NCBI GenBank assembly: GCA_963848475.1
Contig: CAWKDW010000015.1
Coordinates: 70,095 to 134,094, forward strand
Length of the DNA: 64,000 bases
From: an uncultured Solirubrobacteraceae bacterium
Lineage (GTDB): Bacteria; Actinomycetota; Thermoleophilia; Solirubrobacterales; Solirubrobacteraceae
Reading direction: 5' to 3'
Under the pieces are notes generated by a model that was not told the origin of the DNA, made no database searches, and saw only the letters and a program-made list of their open reading frames with translations. The translations under genes were made by a program, and so were the position numbers. Position 1 is the first letter of the stretch. Each line of letters starts with the position of its first letter. Shown here in pieces: positions 31,110-40,561 of the stretch.

Positions 31110-31724
31110 TCACGCGGCGCGGCGGCGCCGGTAGGCGGCGACGATCAGGACGATGATCGCGAGCCCGCAGATGCCGACGACCGCGGTGCCGACCGGCCCG
31201 ACGATCGCGCCGACCTTCTCGTAGTGCTCGCCCAGCGCCCAGCCCGCGCCGATCAGCGCGCAGTTCCAGACGGTGGAACCGAGCGCCGTCAGCGCGGTGA
31301 AGCGCACGATCGGCATCTCGGACAGGCCCGCGGGGATCGAGACGAGGCTGCGCGCCCCCGGCAGGAGACGACCGAACAGCACGACCCAGTTGCCGTGGCG
31401 GTCGAACCACTCGTCGCCGCGGTCGAGGTCGCGCTCCTTCACGCGCAGCACCTTGCCGAAGCGCAGCACGACCGCACGGCCGCCGAAGCGCGCGATCGCG
31501 TACAGGATCAGCGCGCCGGCGACGCTCCCGATCGTCGCCGCCAGCACCGCGAGGACGAACGTCATCTCGCCCTGGCCGACGTAGTAGCCGGCCAGCGGCA
31601 GGATCAGCTCGGAGGGCAGCGGCGGGAACAGGTTCTCGCCGAGGATGAGGCCGGCCAGCGCGGGATAGCCACCCGTGGAGACTGTGTTTCGCACCCAGTC
31701 ACCGGGCGCCGCCGCGAAAATCAT
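31110..31724 (-). CDS. DedA family membrane protein
   Basis: ENLFPPLPSELILPLAG, FGRLLPGARSLVSIPAG. Confidence 0.92.
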   Translation of the reverse strand: MIFAAAPGDWVRNTVSTGGYPALAGLILGENLFPPLPSELILPLAGYYVGQGEMTFVLAVLAATIGSVAGALILYAIARFGGRAVVLRFGKVLRVKERDLDRGDEWFDRHGNWVVLFGRLLPGARSLVSIPAGLSEMPIVRFTALTALGSTVWNCALIGAGWALGEHYEKVGAIVGPVGTAVVGICGLAIIVLIVAAYRRRRAA

Positions 31725-31756
31725 CCGCGCATGGGATACCGAATCGACCCCGGCGA

Positions 31757-31785
31757 AACTTAAAGGGGCCAGGCCCCTTTAAGTT
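31757..31785. repeat. Perfect 14-bp inverted repeat AACTTAAAGGGGCC-A-GGCCCCTTTAAGTT (REP-like element)
   Basis: Read directly; AT-rich palindrome in a GC-rich intergenic region. Confidence 0.7.
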
Positions 31786-31875
31786 CCTTTATGTTGGTGG
31801 GGGTGGAGGGGCGGCCGCCGACGAACGACCTTGCGCTGCTCGCGACCGGGGTGCTGTACGCGTCCGCGTTAGTGA

Positions 31876-32295
31876 TCAGCGCGCGGCCGCGAGCTCCTGC
31901 GGAGGCGACGTGAGCAGGCGCGCCACGGAGAGCCCGGTCAGCAGCGTCATGCAGATCGCGGAGCCGACGCACCAGATGCAGATCGCGTTGAGCTCGCCGA
32001 CCTCGACGTAGGTCAGCCAGCCGCTGAACCCGAGCCCGACGATCGAGAGGAACGCGGTCACGGTGCGGGCGCTCTCGTCGTCACGGATCAGCGAAGCGAG
32101 GATCCCGAGGTAGCCGATCACGCCGAGCAGCGCGACCGGGATCCCGGCCAGCGCGGCGTAGTCGGACTTCTGCACCGTCGCGCAACCGTGGGCGATCGCG
32201 CACACCGGCGAACCGCCCGCGTAGTGCACGACGGTCAGGTAGGTCGCGATCGCCAGCCCGACGACGCCGACGGCGATCGAGGCCGCGCGGAGCAT
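31876..32295 (-). CDS. Vitamin K epoxide reductase (VKOR) family protein
   Basis: CAIAHGCATVQKSDY loop cysteines; CIWC active site. Confidence 0.92.
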   Translation of the reverse strand: MLRAASIAVGVVGLAIATYLTVVHYAGGSPVCAIAHGCATVQKSDYAALAGIPVALLGVIGYLGILASLIRDDESARTVTAFLSIVGLGFSGWLTYVEVGELNAICIWCVGSAICMTLLTGLSVARLLTSPPQELAAAR

Positions 32296-33035
32296 CAGGA
32301 GAGCGCCTCGTCGAGCTTGGCCTGCAGGTCCTCGAGCCCGACCGCGACCACGGTCTCGGCGCCGTCGCCGCGCTGGACGGTGAAGCTCGGGGTCGAGTCG
32401 ACCTTCAGCGCCGCGGCCTCCGCGTCGGCCTGGTCGAGCGACTCCTGCGAAGCGTCGCTGTCGGCGTAGGAGAGCGCCTGCTTGGCGTCGACGCCCGCGG
32501 CCTTCGCGACGTCGGTCAGGAAGTCATCGGTCACGTAGCCCGAGTTCTCGGTGCCCTGCGAGGCGTAGAACGTCTCGAGGAACGCCCACTCCTTGCCCTG
32601 CTGCTTGGCGCCCGCGGCGACCTTGGCGGCGCGGACGGAGTCCGGGCCGATGAAGCTCAGCGTGCGCGCCTGGAGCTTCACCTTGCCGCTGCGCACGTAC
32701 TTCTCGATCACGCTCGGCAGCGTCTCCTTCGACGCCTCCGCGCAGATCGGGCACTGCGGATCGAGGTACTCGGTGAGCGTGATCGGCGCGTTGGGATCGC
32801 CGAGCACGCCGTCCTTCTCCTGGATGCCGGCGACGACCTGCGCCGCGCCGCTGGACGCGACCGGCTTCGCGGAACCGCCGGAGGCCGAGATGGCCACGGC
32901 GACGGCGACGAGGACGGCGGCGATGCCGGTGGCCCCGAGCAGACGGCGGATGCGGCGGCGGCGGGTCTCGGTGATGGCGGCGGCGCGCTCGGCCGCCCGG
33001 CGCTGCTCACGCAGCTCGCGCTTGGACTTCGACAT
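32295..33035 (-). CDS. Membrane-anchored DsbA-family thioredoxin protein
   Basis: TM anchor; GDPNAPITLTEYLDPQCPIC; STPSF cis-Pro loop. Confidence 0.9.
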   Translation of the reverse strand: MSKSKRELREQRRAAERAAAITETRRRRIRRLLGATGIAAVLVAVAVAISASGGSAKPVASSGAAQVVAGIQEKDGVLGDPNAPITLTEYLDPQCPICAEASKETLPSVIEKYVRSGKVKLQARTLSFIGPDSVRAAKVAAGAKQQGKEWAFLETFYASQGTENSGYVTDDFLTDVAKAAGVDAKQALSYADSDASQESLDQADAEAAALKVDSTPSFTVQRGDGAETVVAVGLEDLQAKLDEALS

Positions 33036-33085
33036 CGGGTGCTCCTTCGGATTCGTTTGGGATCGGGGCGCTACAGGGCGTTGAA

Positions 33086-33655
33086 CTACGCCACTGCAGG
33101 CGGTGCGCGATCCCGCGCGAGCCGGGTGATGCGGAGGAGCGTGGGGGCCGCGGGCGGCGCGAAGCCGAGGCGGACCAGTTCGGTGAGTGCGGGCGGCCGG
33201 GGAGCGGTCGGACGCAGCGAGCGGATCAGCTCGCGAGCGGCCGGGAGCGCCTTCAGCGCGAAGGTGAGCACGGCGCCGGCCGCCGCACCGAAGAGCAGCA
33301 GCTGCAGCCAACCGCCGCCGAGAAGTGCGCCGCCGCCGAGGACTGAGGCGAGCACGGCCTGGCCGCCGCAGACGGCCCAGAGGCCGGCCGTGGCGACGAT
33401 CCACAGCAGCGGCGAGGCGCTGCGGCGCTGGGCGACGCGCGCCACGAGGGCGGCGATCGCGGACGTGTAGAGCGCGAGCACGAGCATCGCCGCGAGGCCG
33501 AAGCGACCCCCACCGGCGGTCTCGATGCAGCTGCGCACGTCAGGCCCGCAGACGAACGACACGCGCGCCTGATCGATCCCCGCCGCGAGCAGCGGGACGA
33601 GTACCAACGCGCGGAGCGTCAGCGGCAGTCGGGTGAGCAGGGCGCGCACGTGCAC
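33086..33655 (-). CDS. Hypothetical membrane protein
   Basis: Four hydrophobic segments, CGPDVRSC pair, C-terminal RAPP motif. Confidence 0.65.
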   Translation of the reverse strand: MHVRALLTRLPLTLRALVLVPLLAAGIDQARVSFVCGPDVRSCIETAGGGRFGLAAMLVLALYTSAIAALVARVAQRRSASPLLWIVATAGLWAVCGGQAVLASVLGGGALLGGGWLQLLLFGAAAGAVLTFALKALPAARELIRSLRPTAPRPPALTELVRLGFAPPAAPTLLRITRLARDRAPPAVA

Positions 33656-33747
33656 TCACCAATCATCGTCGGCGGATCCGAAGCCGAGTTAAACCCGCAC
33701 AACTACGGCAACGTGTCCGTAGTTTGCCGCATGGGTAAGCCGGACGG

Positions 33748-34870
33748 GTGAAGACCCACCTTTCCCTCGTCCTGATCCTCGTGGCCGCGCTGCTCGCGCC
33801 CGCCACCGCGCGCGCCGACCAGTTCACGCCCGTCAAGCCGGCCAACGTCGCCAAGCTGAAGCTCCGGCTGAGCGGTCTGGACCAGGCCTCCTACGCGCGG
33901 GTGAAGCGGCTCGCGCGCACGTACCCGCGGCGCAGCGTCAAATACGTCGTCGAGCACGCGAAGCGCCGTACGCAGTCCGCGAGCGGCTCGACGTCGATCG
34001 GCGAGGTCGGCCCGGGCGCGGTTTCGTCCTTCAAGTGGGCGGACGCCGACAACAACTCAGAGCTCTGGAAGCCTCAGGGGATCACGGGCAGCGCCGCCGC
34101 GGTCGGCGACGGCCTCGTCGGCGGCCACCGCGAGCTGCTCGTGAGCTGGTATCGCGACACCGCCGCCAGCCCCGCGCGCGTCAGCTTCGTCAAGGCCGAC
34201 AGCCTCGACGACACGACCTACACCCACGTTGCGCTCGTGATCCCGAGCGGCGGCGGCGTCAAGCCGATCTCCTCGCACGCGGGCGGGATCGCCTGGTACG
34301 GCCACTACCTCTACGTCGCCGAGACCGACGTCGGCCTGCGCGTGTTCGACACCCGCTACATCCTCGGCGCGAAGAAGCTCCCGCGCAGCGCCGATCTCGG
34401 CCTGCCCTACGTGCTGCCGCAGGTCGGGCTCTACCGTCAGGTCAAGGGCGCCGGGACTGAACTTCTCGTTCGTCGAGACCGATCGTTCCGGCCCGTCGCT
34501 GATCACCGGCGCCTACGCGGACCAGAAGCTCGGCCGCCGCGTCGTGCGCTGGCCGCTGAACGCGAAGACGTTCCGCCTCGGCAAGCAGGCCACGGGCGCT
34601 TGGCGGATGCCGGCGAGCAACGTGCAGGGCGCACTGATGCACAACGGCCGCCTGCTCGCCTCCTCCAGCTACGACATGGACGGGTCAAACGGCGACGGCG
34701 AGCTGGTCTCCGGCTTCCCCGGCCTGGACGCCGCGCACTATCGCTGGCCCGACGCCGCCGAGGACGTCCACTACGCGGGAACGAGCCATCGCGTGTACTC
34801 GCTGACCGAGTCCCGCTACGACCGTGTCGTATTCGCGATCGACGCGTCCTCGGTCGGCCTGACGCCGTAG
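33748..34870 (+). CDS. Secreted hypothetical protein, probable beta-propeller; frameshift near 34460
   Basis: Signal peptide MKTHLSLVLILVAALLAPATARA; WKPQGIT, HAGGIAWYG, VQGA, AEDVHY...YSLTE. Confidence 0.7.
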
Positions 34871-34879
34871 CATCGCCGT

Positions 34880-35647
34880 GTGACCGCCCTCGCGATCCTG
34901 CTCGGTCTCGCGATCGGGATGGTCGTCGGCGCCGTCGGCGGGGGAGGAGCGATCCTCGCGCTGCCGGTGCTGATCTACGTCCTCGACGAGCCGGTCGGGC
35001 CGGCGTCGACCGCATCCCTGGTCGTCGTCTCCCTGGCGGCGGCGATCGGTGCGGGGTCGCTGGCGCGCCACGGCCGCGTGTGCTGGCACCTGGCGTTCAC
35101 GTTCGCGGTGCCCGCCGCGATCGGCTCGCTGTTCGGCACGCTCGCGAGCCGGGAGGTCGGGGCGAGCGCGCTGATCCTCGCCTTCGTGCCGGTGATGCTG
35201 ATCGCCGCCGTGGCGACGTGGCGGCGCCCGGGCCAGGGCAGCGACGACACCGAGTGTCCGCATCCGCCGATGGCCCGGGTCATGATCGCGGGCCTGCTCG
35301 TCGGAATGATGACGGGGTTCTTCGGCGTCGGCGGCGGCTTCGTGATCGTGCCCGTCCTGACGCTGTGGCTCGGCGCGGGCTTCCGGCTCGCCGTCGCGAC
35401 CTCGCTCGTGATCATCTGCCTGACCGGGCTCGCCGCGCTCACCAGCCACCTGCTCACGGGCTCCCGGCCGGACCTGGCGAGCACGGCGCTGCTGGCGATC
35501 TCGACCGCCGTGGGCGCGCTGATCGGCGCGCAGGTGGGAGAGCGCCTGCCGCAGCTCGTGCTGCGGCGCGGGTTCGCCGTGATCGTCAGCGCGGTCGCGA
35601 TCGCCCTGCTGGTGGACGTGCTCGTGCTCGGCGGTCCGCCGAACTGA
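34880..35647 (+). CDS. Sulfite exporter TauE/SafE family protein
   Basis: GAVGGGGAILALP and GFFGVGGGFVIVP repeats; AVATSL. Confidence 0.9.
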   Translation: MTALAILLGLAIGMVVGAVGGGGAILALPVLIYVLDEPVGPASTASLVVVSLAAAIGAGSLARHGRVCWHLAFTFAVPAAIGSLFGTLASREVGASALILAFVPVMLIAAVATWRRPGQGSDDTECPHPPMARVMIAGLLVGMMTGFFGVGGGFVIVPVLTLWLGAGFRLAVATSLVIICLTGLAALTSHLLTGSRPDLASTALLAISTAVGALIGAQVGERLPQLVLRRGFAVIVSAVAIALLVDVLVLGGPPN

Positions 35648-35695
35648 GAGCGCGTGAACCGGCCGGCCCTCGCTGACGCAACGTAAGCTCTGCTG

Positions 35696-37108
35696 GTGTC
35701 CGATGCCTCGACGCGGCCGACGGCCGTGCTGCTCACGCTCTCGGCGGCCTGCATCGCGTTCTCGCTCTCGCAGACGCTCGTCGTCCCCGCGCTGCCGGCG
35801 CTCGCGACCGAGTTCGACGCTTCGCCCGCAGCGGTCTCCTGGGTCCTGACGGGGTTCCTGCTCTCGGCCTCGATCGCGACCCCGATCGTCGGCAAGCTCG
35901 GCGACCTCTACGGCAAGGGCCGGATGCTCACCGCGGTGCTGGTGATCTTCTCGCTCGGTGCGGTGAGCAACGCGCTGGCGAACTCGATCGAGGTCCTGAT
36001 CGCCGGTCGCGTGCTGCAGGGCGTCGCCGGCGGGGTCTTCCCGCTCGCCTTCGGGATCGTGCGCGACACCTTCCCGCGTGAGCAGGTCCCCGGCGGGCTG
36101 AGCATCATCAGCGCGATCTTCGGCATCGGCGGCGGGATCGGCCTGCCGCTCTCGGGGGTGATCGTCGACAACGTCAGCCTGCAGTGGCTGTTCTGGATCA
36201 GCCTGATCGCGCTCCCCGCCGCCTTCGCCGCCCAACGGCTCATCCCGCCCTCGCCGCCGGTGAAGGACGCGCGAGTGGACTGGCTCGGCGCGGTGCTGCT
36301 CTCCGGCGCGCTGGCCGGGATCCTGCTCGGCGTCTCGCAGGCGAGCCATTGGGGCTGGGGGTCGCCGGCCAACGTCGCCGCGATCGGCGGCGGCCTCGTG
36401 CTCATCGGCATCTTCGCACTCGTCGAGAACCGGGTGGACCAGCCACTGATCGACCTGCGCGTGCTCCGCCAGCGTTCGGTCGCGGCCACCAACCTGACCG
36501 GCTTCCTCGTGGGCGTCGCGATGTTCTCGAGCTTCCTGATCATGCCCCAGTTCGCTCAGGCTCCCGAGTCCGCGGGCTACGGCTTCGGCTTCACGGTGAC
36601 GCAGGCCGGCCTGCTGCTGATGCCGATCGCGCTCGCCCAACTCGCCGCGGGCCCGCTCGCGACGCGGGCGGCGCTCCGGATCGGCTTCCGCGCCGTCCTC
36701 TCGATCGGCGCGGTGCTGATCAGCCTCTCGTTCCTGATCAACACCTTCGCCCACAACCACCCCTGGGAGCTCGTGTTCGGCGGCATCCTGCTCGGCGTGG
36801 GCATCACCTTCGCGTTCGCGTCGATGGCGAACCTGATCGTCGATGCCGTCCCGCAGGCCGAGGTCGGGATCGCCACCGGCATCAACACCGTCATGCGCAC
36901 CGTCGGCGGCTCCTTCGGCGCCGCCGCGGCGACCGCGATCCTCGCCGCCACCGCACTGGAAGGCTCGACCCTGCCGACCGAGGGCGGCTACACCGCCGCC
37001 TTCTTCTTCGCCAGCGTCGCCGGCGTGCTCGCGCTTGCGGCCTCGCGGCTCGTCCCGCGGCCCGGCGCGCGGCGCGTGAGCCTCGAACCGCTTCCCGGCA
37101 CGGAGTAG
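35696..37108 (+). CDS. MFS transporter (DHA2-like, 14 TM)
   Basis: GKLGDLYGKGR motif A; GRVLQG. Confidence 0.92.
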   Translation: MSDASTRPTAVLLTLSAACIAFSLSQTLVVPALPALATEFDASPAAVSWVLTGFLLSASIATPIVGKLGDLYGKGRMLTAVLVIFSLGAVSNALANSIEVLIAGRVLQGVAGGVFPLAFGIVRDTFPREQVPGGLSIISAIFGIGGGIGLPLSGVIVDNVSLQWLFWISLIALPAAFAAQRLIPPSPPVKDARVDWLGAVLLSGALAGILLGVSQASHWGWGSPANVAAIGGGLVLIGIFALVENRVDQPLIDLRVLRQRSVAATNLTGFLVGVAMFSSFLIMPQFAQAPESAGYGFGFTVTQAGLLLMPIALAQLAAGPLATRAALRIGFRAVLSIGAVLISLSFLINTFAHNHPWELVFGGILLGVGITFAFASMANLIVDAVPQAEVGIATGINTVMRTVGGSFGAAAATAILAATALEGSTLPTEGGYTAAFFFASVAGVLALAASRLVPRPGARRVSLEPLPGTE

Positions 37109-37116
37109 ACGGAGCG

Positions 37117-37545
37117 TCAGGGGAGCTGGAGCTTCGGGAGGTTCTTGAGGCGCCACTCGCCGTTCTCGCGGACGGCGCCGAGCGTGATCCGCGGGCCCGA
37201 CTCGTCGCGGGCGATCAGGTCGATGCCGGCGAACGGACCCTCGATGCGCACTTCGCCGGCGCGGGCGCCGACGTAGCGGTCGGTCGTCGGGCGCTCCTTG
37301 AAGAGCTGCTCGAAGGCCTTGGCGCAGGAGCCGTCGCCGGCGTCGGCGAGGCGTTTCTGCTCGCCGGTCGTACGGGTCGCGCACGCGGCCTTCCAGTCCC
37401 TCGCGACGAGTGCGCGGACGTAGCGGACGGCGACGTCGGCCGCTTGCCGCTTGGACGCGGTGTCGGTGGGAGCGGGGGACATGTCGACCTGCTCTCCGCA
37501 GCCCGCGAGCAACAGGGCCGCGAGGACGACACAGAGCCGCTTCAT
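37117..37545 (-). CDS. Hypothetical lipoprotein (NTF2-like fold possible)
   Basis: MKRLCVVLAALLLAGC lipobox; RENGEWRL C-terminus; ATGA overlap with the globin gene. Confidence 0.75.
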   Translation of the reverse strand: MKRLCVVLAALLLAGCGEQVDMSPAPTDTASKRQAADVAVRYVRALVARDWKAACATRTTGEQKRLADAGDGSCAKAFEQLFKERPTTDRYVGARAGEVRIEGPFAGIDLIARDESGPRITLGAVRENGEWRLKNLPKLQLP

Positions 37546-37967
37546 GCCGGCCCGTGCCGCGTCACGGTGAGCCCGCCGGACACCGGCGGTGCGGCCGAGA
37601 TCGCCTCCAGGCGCCCGTAGAACGCTCGTGCCACGCGCATCGCGTGCGCCTTGGCCAGTTCGGCTCGCTCGCCCGCGAAGAGGGCGTCCACGGTCTCGCG
37701 CCAGAGCACGAGCCAGCGCTCGAAGTGACCGGCCCGAAGACGCACCTTCTGGTTGAGCTCCGCGTGCGGGCGGAAGGCGCCGCCACGGTAGGACTGCGCG
37801 CCGAGCAGGATCGTCTCCCAGAACGAGGCGATCTCGGGCACGTGGGCCTCGACGTCCAGATGGGCGACGTCGGTGAAGATCCAGCCGATGATCGGGTCCA
37901 CGAGCGCGCGTTCGTAGAACGCCCGCACCAGCCGCTCGCAGTCCTCGCGGGTCGCGATGTCGGCCAC
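37542..37967 (-). CDS. Group III truncated hemoglobin (trHbP/Ctb-like)
   Basis: LVRAFYERALVDPIIGWIF, HVPEIASFWETILLG, YRGGAFRPH, HFERWLVLW. Confidence 0.88.
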   Translation of the reverse strand: MADIATREDCERLVRAFYERALVDPIIGWIFTDVAHLDVEAHVPEIASFWETILLGAQSYRGGAFRPHAELNQKVRLRAGHFERWLVLWRETVDALFAGERAELAKAHAMRVARAFYGRLEAISAAPPVSGGLTVTRHGPA

Positions 37968-38194
37968 TACGCGACCAGCCCCCGGACCAGGAGCACGACG
38001 CCGGCCGCGCCGGCACCGATCGTGGCCCAGAGCGCGACGCTCTCGGCCTGGCCGACGATCTCCTCCTCGGAACGGCTGGAGATGATGTAGCGACCGTCCT
38101 CGGGGCGGATGATCCACTCCTCGTAGGCGAAGCCCAGCGTGCCCGCGGCGATGGCGAGAAGGAACGCTCCGGCAATCAGCATCGTGTGCAACAT
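37967..38194 (-). CDS. Small two-TM hypothetical protein
   Basis: Two hydrophobic segments; stop overlaps the globin start. Confidence 0.55.
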   Translation of the reverse strand: MLHTMLIAGAFLLAIAAGTLGFAYEEWIIRPEDGRYIISSRSEEEIVGQAESVALWATIGAGAAGVVLLVRGLVA

Positions 38195-38260
38195 GTATCA
38201 GGCGGCGTGGAGCGTGCTCTAGGTGAGCGGATTGTGAGGCTCAACCGAAGGGATTCACCC

Positions 38261-40042
38261 GTGCAACGCACAACGCTGAAGTGGGCGGCGGCGATCGGAC
38301 TCGCCGCGGCCGGCGTCGTAGCGCCGACGGCCATGGCGGCCGACCCCGAGAACGTGATCTACGGCGCCGAGTTCGAGAAGGGCAGGATCGTCAGCACCTC
38401 CCAGGACAAGCTGGGCCGCGAGGCGTTCGGGAAGGCGGAGCTGACCAAGAAGAGCCTCAAGGAGGACACGCTGCCGCCGGTCGGGAAGATCCAGCCGGCG
38501 CTCGAGGACCTGCTCGCGGTCGGCGATCCGCACCGCCCGGTCGAGCTCGTCGTCACCTACCGCGACTCGCTGCCGATCCCCGAGTTCCCGCTGCCGGTGT
38601 TCGGCGAGGACCGCGAAAGCCCGCGCAACCAGGAGCTGCTCAAGCAGGCACGCGGCCTGATCGACGACGTCCGCGCGCAGCGCGCTGAGCGCTACAAGGC
38701 TCAGACGGCCGATCTCGAACGGGCCGGCGGCAAGGTGCTGGACACCTACTGGCTGATCCAGGGCGCCCGCGCCGTGCTGCCGCTCGACGCGGTCTCAAAG
38801 CTCGCCGACTCCGACGAGGTGCAGTACCTCGAACTGGCCGACGGCGTCGCCAAGCCGCCCGCCGACGCCAACCCGAACAACGATCTCGCGGACGCGCGCG
38901 CCCAGATCTTCTCGGACCCGTACTTCAACCTCGGCCAGACCTCCGGCTGGATCGGCCTGCTCGACACCGGCGTGCGCCAGACGCACACGGTCTTCAACGG
39001 CCCCGACCACATCGCGATCGCCGACGACCTGACCGGCGGTGGCGACCCCGGCGACCAGTGCAACCACGGCACCGCCTCGGCCGCCGAGATCACCGGCAAC
39101 GCCAACCTCGGCGCGGCGTGGCGCGGCGTGTCGGCGATCTCGCTCGACTCGTGGGACGTCTACGGCAACGACTGCCTCGTCGGCGGCGGCGACACCGTCG
39201 ACGGCTTCCAGGAGGCCGTGAGCTGGCTGGACAAGGTGATCGTGGCCGAGATCCAGCTCGTCGCCTCCGAGAGCAGCGCCTCCTCGGTCGCCGCCGACGC
39301 GGCCTTCGACTCCGGCTCGGTCGTGATCGCCGCCAACGGCAACTACGGCCCCGGCAGCGGCAGCGTCGCCTCGCCCGGCAACGCCCACAAGGCGGTCGGC
39401 ATCGGTGCCGCGGACCTGCAGACCGACGTGCTGCAGGGCTACTCCGGCCGCGGCCCGTCCAACGACGGCCGCTACAAGCCGGACCTCGTGTTCCCGACCA
39501 ACATCGAGACCGCGCGTTCGACCTCGAACACCGCGCTGGGTTCCTTCGGCGGCACGAGCGCGGCGACGCCGATCGCCGGCGGCGCCGCGGGCCTGCTGCG
39601 CAACTGGATGCGCGGCGGCCTCGGCTCGATCGACGCCGGCCACGTCTACAGCCACCTGATCCTCGGCGGCCAGACGACGTTCCCGTTCAACAACGACACC
39701 GGCGCCGGCCCGTTCCAGCTCGGCGTCAGCGGCCACGCCTGGTGGGGCAAGACGAACGTCGCCAACGGCGCGCGCGTCGACATCCCGATCACGGTGACGG
39801 CCGGCAAGACACTGTTCGAAGGCTCGCTGTGGTGGCCGGAGGCGACCAGCGGCCACAACGACATCGACCTCGAGCTGATCGCGCCCGACGGCACGGTGCG
39901 CGCGTCCAGCTGGTCCGGCGTCAGCGTCTTCGAGCGCGCGAGCGTCCGTACCGGCCTGTACCCGGGCACGTGGAAGCTGCGGATGAAGGGCTACTCGGTG
40001 TCCGGCAGCCCGCGGGTGTTCTGGAGCGCCAGGACCCGCTGA
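38261..40042 (+). CDS. Secreted S8 (subtilisin-like) serine peptidase
   Basis: Signal peptide; catalytic GLLDTG, HGT, ANGN, GGTSAATP; C-terminal beta-sandwich. Confidence 0.92.
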   Translation: MQRTTLKWAAAIGLAAAGVVAPTAMAADPENVIYGAEFEKGRIVSTSQDKLGREAFGKAELTKKSLKEDTLPPVGKIQPALEDLLAVGDPHRPVELVVTYRDSLPIPEFPLPVFGEDRESPRNQELLKQARGLIDDVRAQRAERYKAQTADLERAGGKVLDTYWLIQGARAVLPLDAVSKLADSDEVQYLELADGVAKPPADANPNNDLADARAQIFSDPYFNLGQTSGWIGLLDTGVRQTHTVFNGPDHIAIADDLTGGGDPGDQCNHGTASAAEITGNANLGAAWRGVSAISLDSWDVYGNDCLVGGGDTVDGFQEAVSWLDKVIVAEIQLVASESSASSVAADAAFDSGSVVIAANGNYGPGSGSVASPGNAHKAVGIGAADLQTDVLQGYSGRGPSNDGRYKPDLVFPTNIETARSTSNTALGSFGGTSAATPIAGGAAGLLRNWMRGGLGSIDAGHVYSHLILGGQTTFPFNNDTGAGPFQLGVSGHAWWGKTNVANGARVDIPITVTAGKTLFEGSLWWPEATSGHNDIDLELIAPDGTVRASSWSGVSVFERASVRTGLYPGTWKLRMKGYSVSGSPRVFWSARTR

Positions 40043-40043
40043 G

Positions 40044-40454
40044 TTAGGCGAGATCGCCGAGATCGGCGACCTTCACGGACGTGGCGCGTCCGTCCTTGAC
40101 GCGCCACGTCCAGACCGACGAGCGACGGACGTCGAGCCCCTCGCGGCGGCCGGTGATGTGGCCGATGACGATTACTGAGCCGGGGATGATGCGGAAGTCC
40201 TCGGCGTGCAGGACCAGCTCTTGCCAGATGCGATCGACGTCGGCGAAGTAGTCGCGCAGCCCATCGTGCCCGCGATAGGGCTCGACGCGGCCCGCAAGGC
40301 GGGCGGTGCCGGCGAAATCGAGCTCGCAGTCGGCGCTCGTGCAGCGGATCGCAGCCTCGATGTCACGCCGCGCGAAGGCGTCGTAGAACGCGCGCACGAC
40401 GTCCGCCTCATCGGTCAGACCGGCCGGGTTGCCGTAGTAATCGGGGCGCGACAC
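40044..40454 (-). CDS. SnoaL/NTF2 family protein
   Basis: DVVRAFYDAFARRD...YRGHDGLRDYF...WTWRVKDGRA. Confidence 0.82.
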   Translation of the reverse strand: MSRPDYYGNPAGLTDEADVVRAFYDAFARRDIEAAIRCTSADCELDFAGTARLAGRVEPYRGHDGLRDYFADVDRIWQELVLHAEDFRIIPGSVIVIGHITGRREGLDVRRSSVWTWRVKDGRATSVKVADLGDLA

Positions 40455-40561
40455 TCGGCTAGAGCGTGACAGAGCAGGCGGCGCGATGGCGGGGTCACCG
40501 GCCGGGGCGTGGCGCGCTGCGAAGACGCGCGGTTGCATCTCTCTTTGTAGGGTCATCGCCA

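Noticed and set aside
34685-37384. Long antisense ORFs (e.g. 899 aa here, 921 aa at 54011..56776)
   Set aside because: Shadow ORFs typical of high-GC DNA, opposite well-supported genes.
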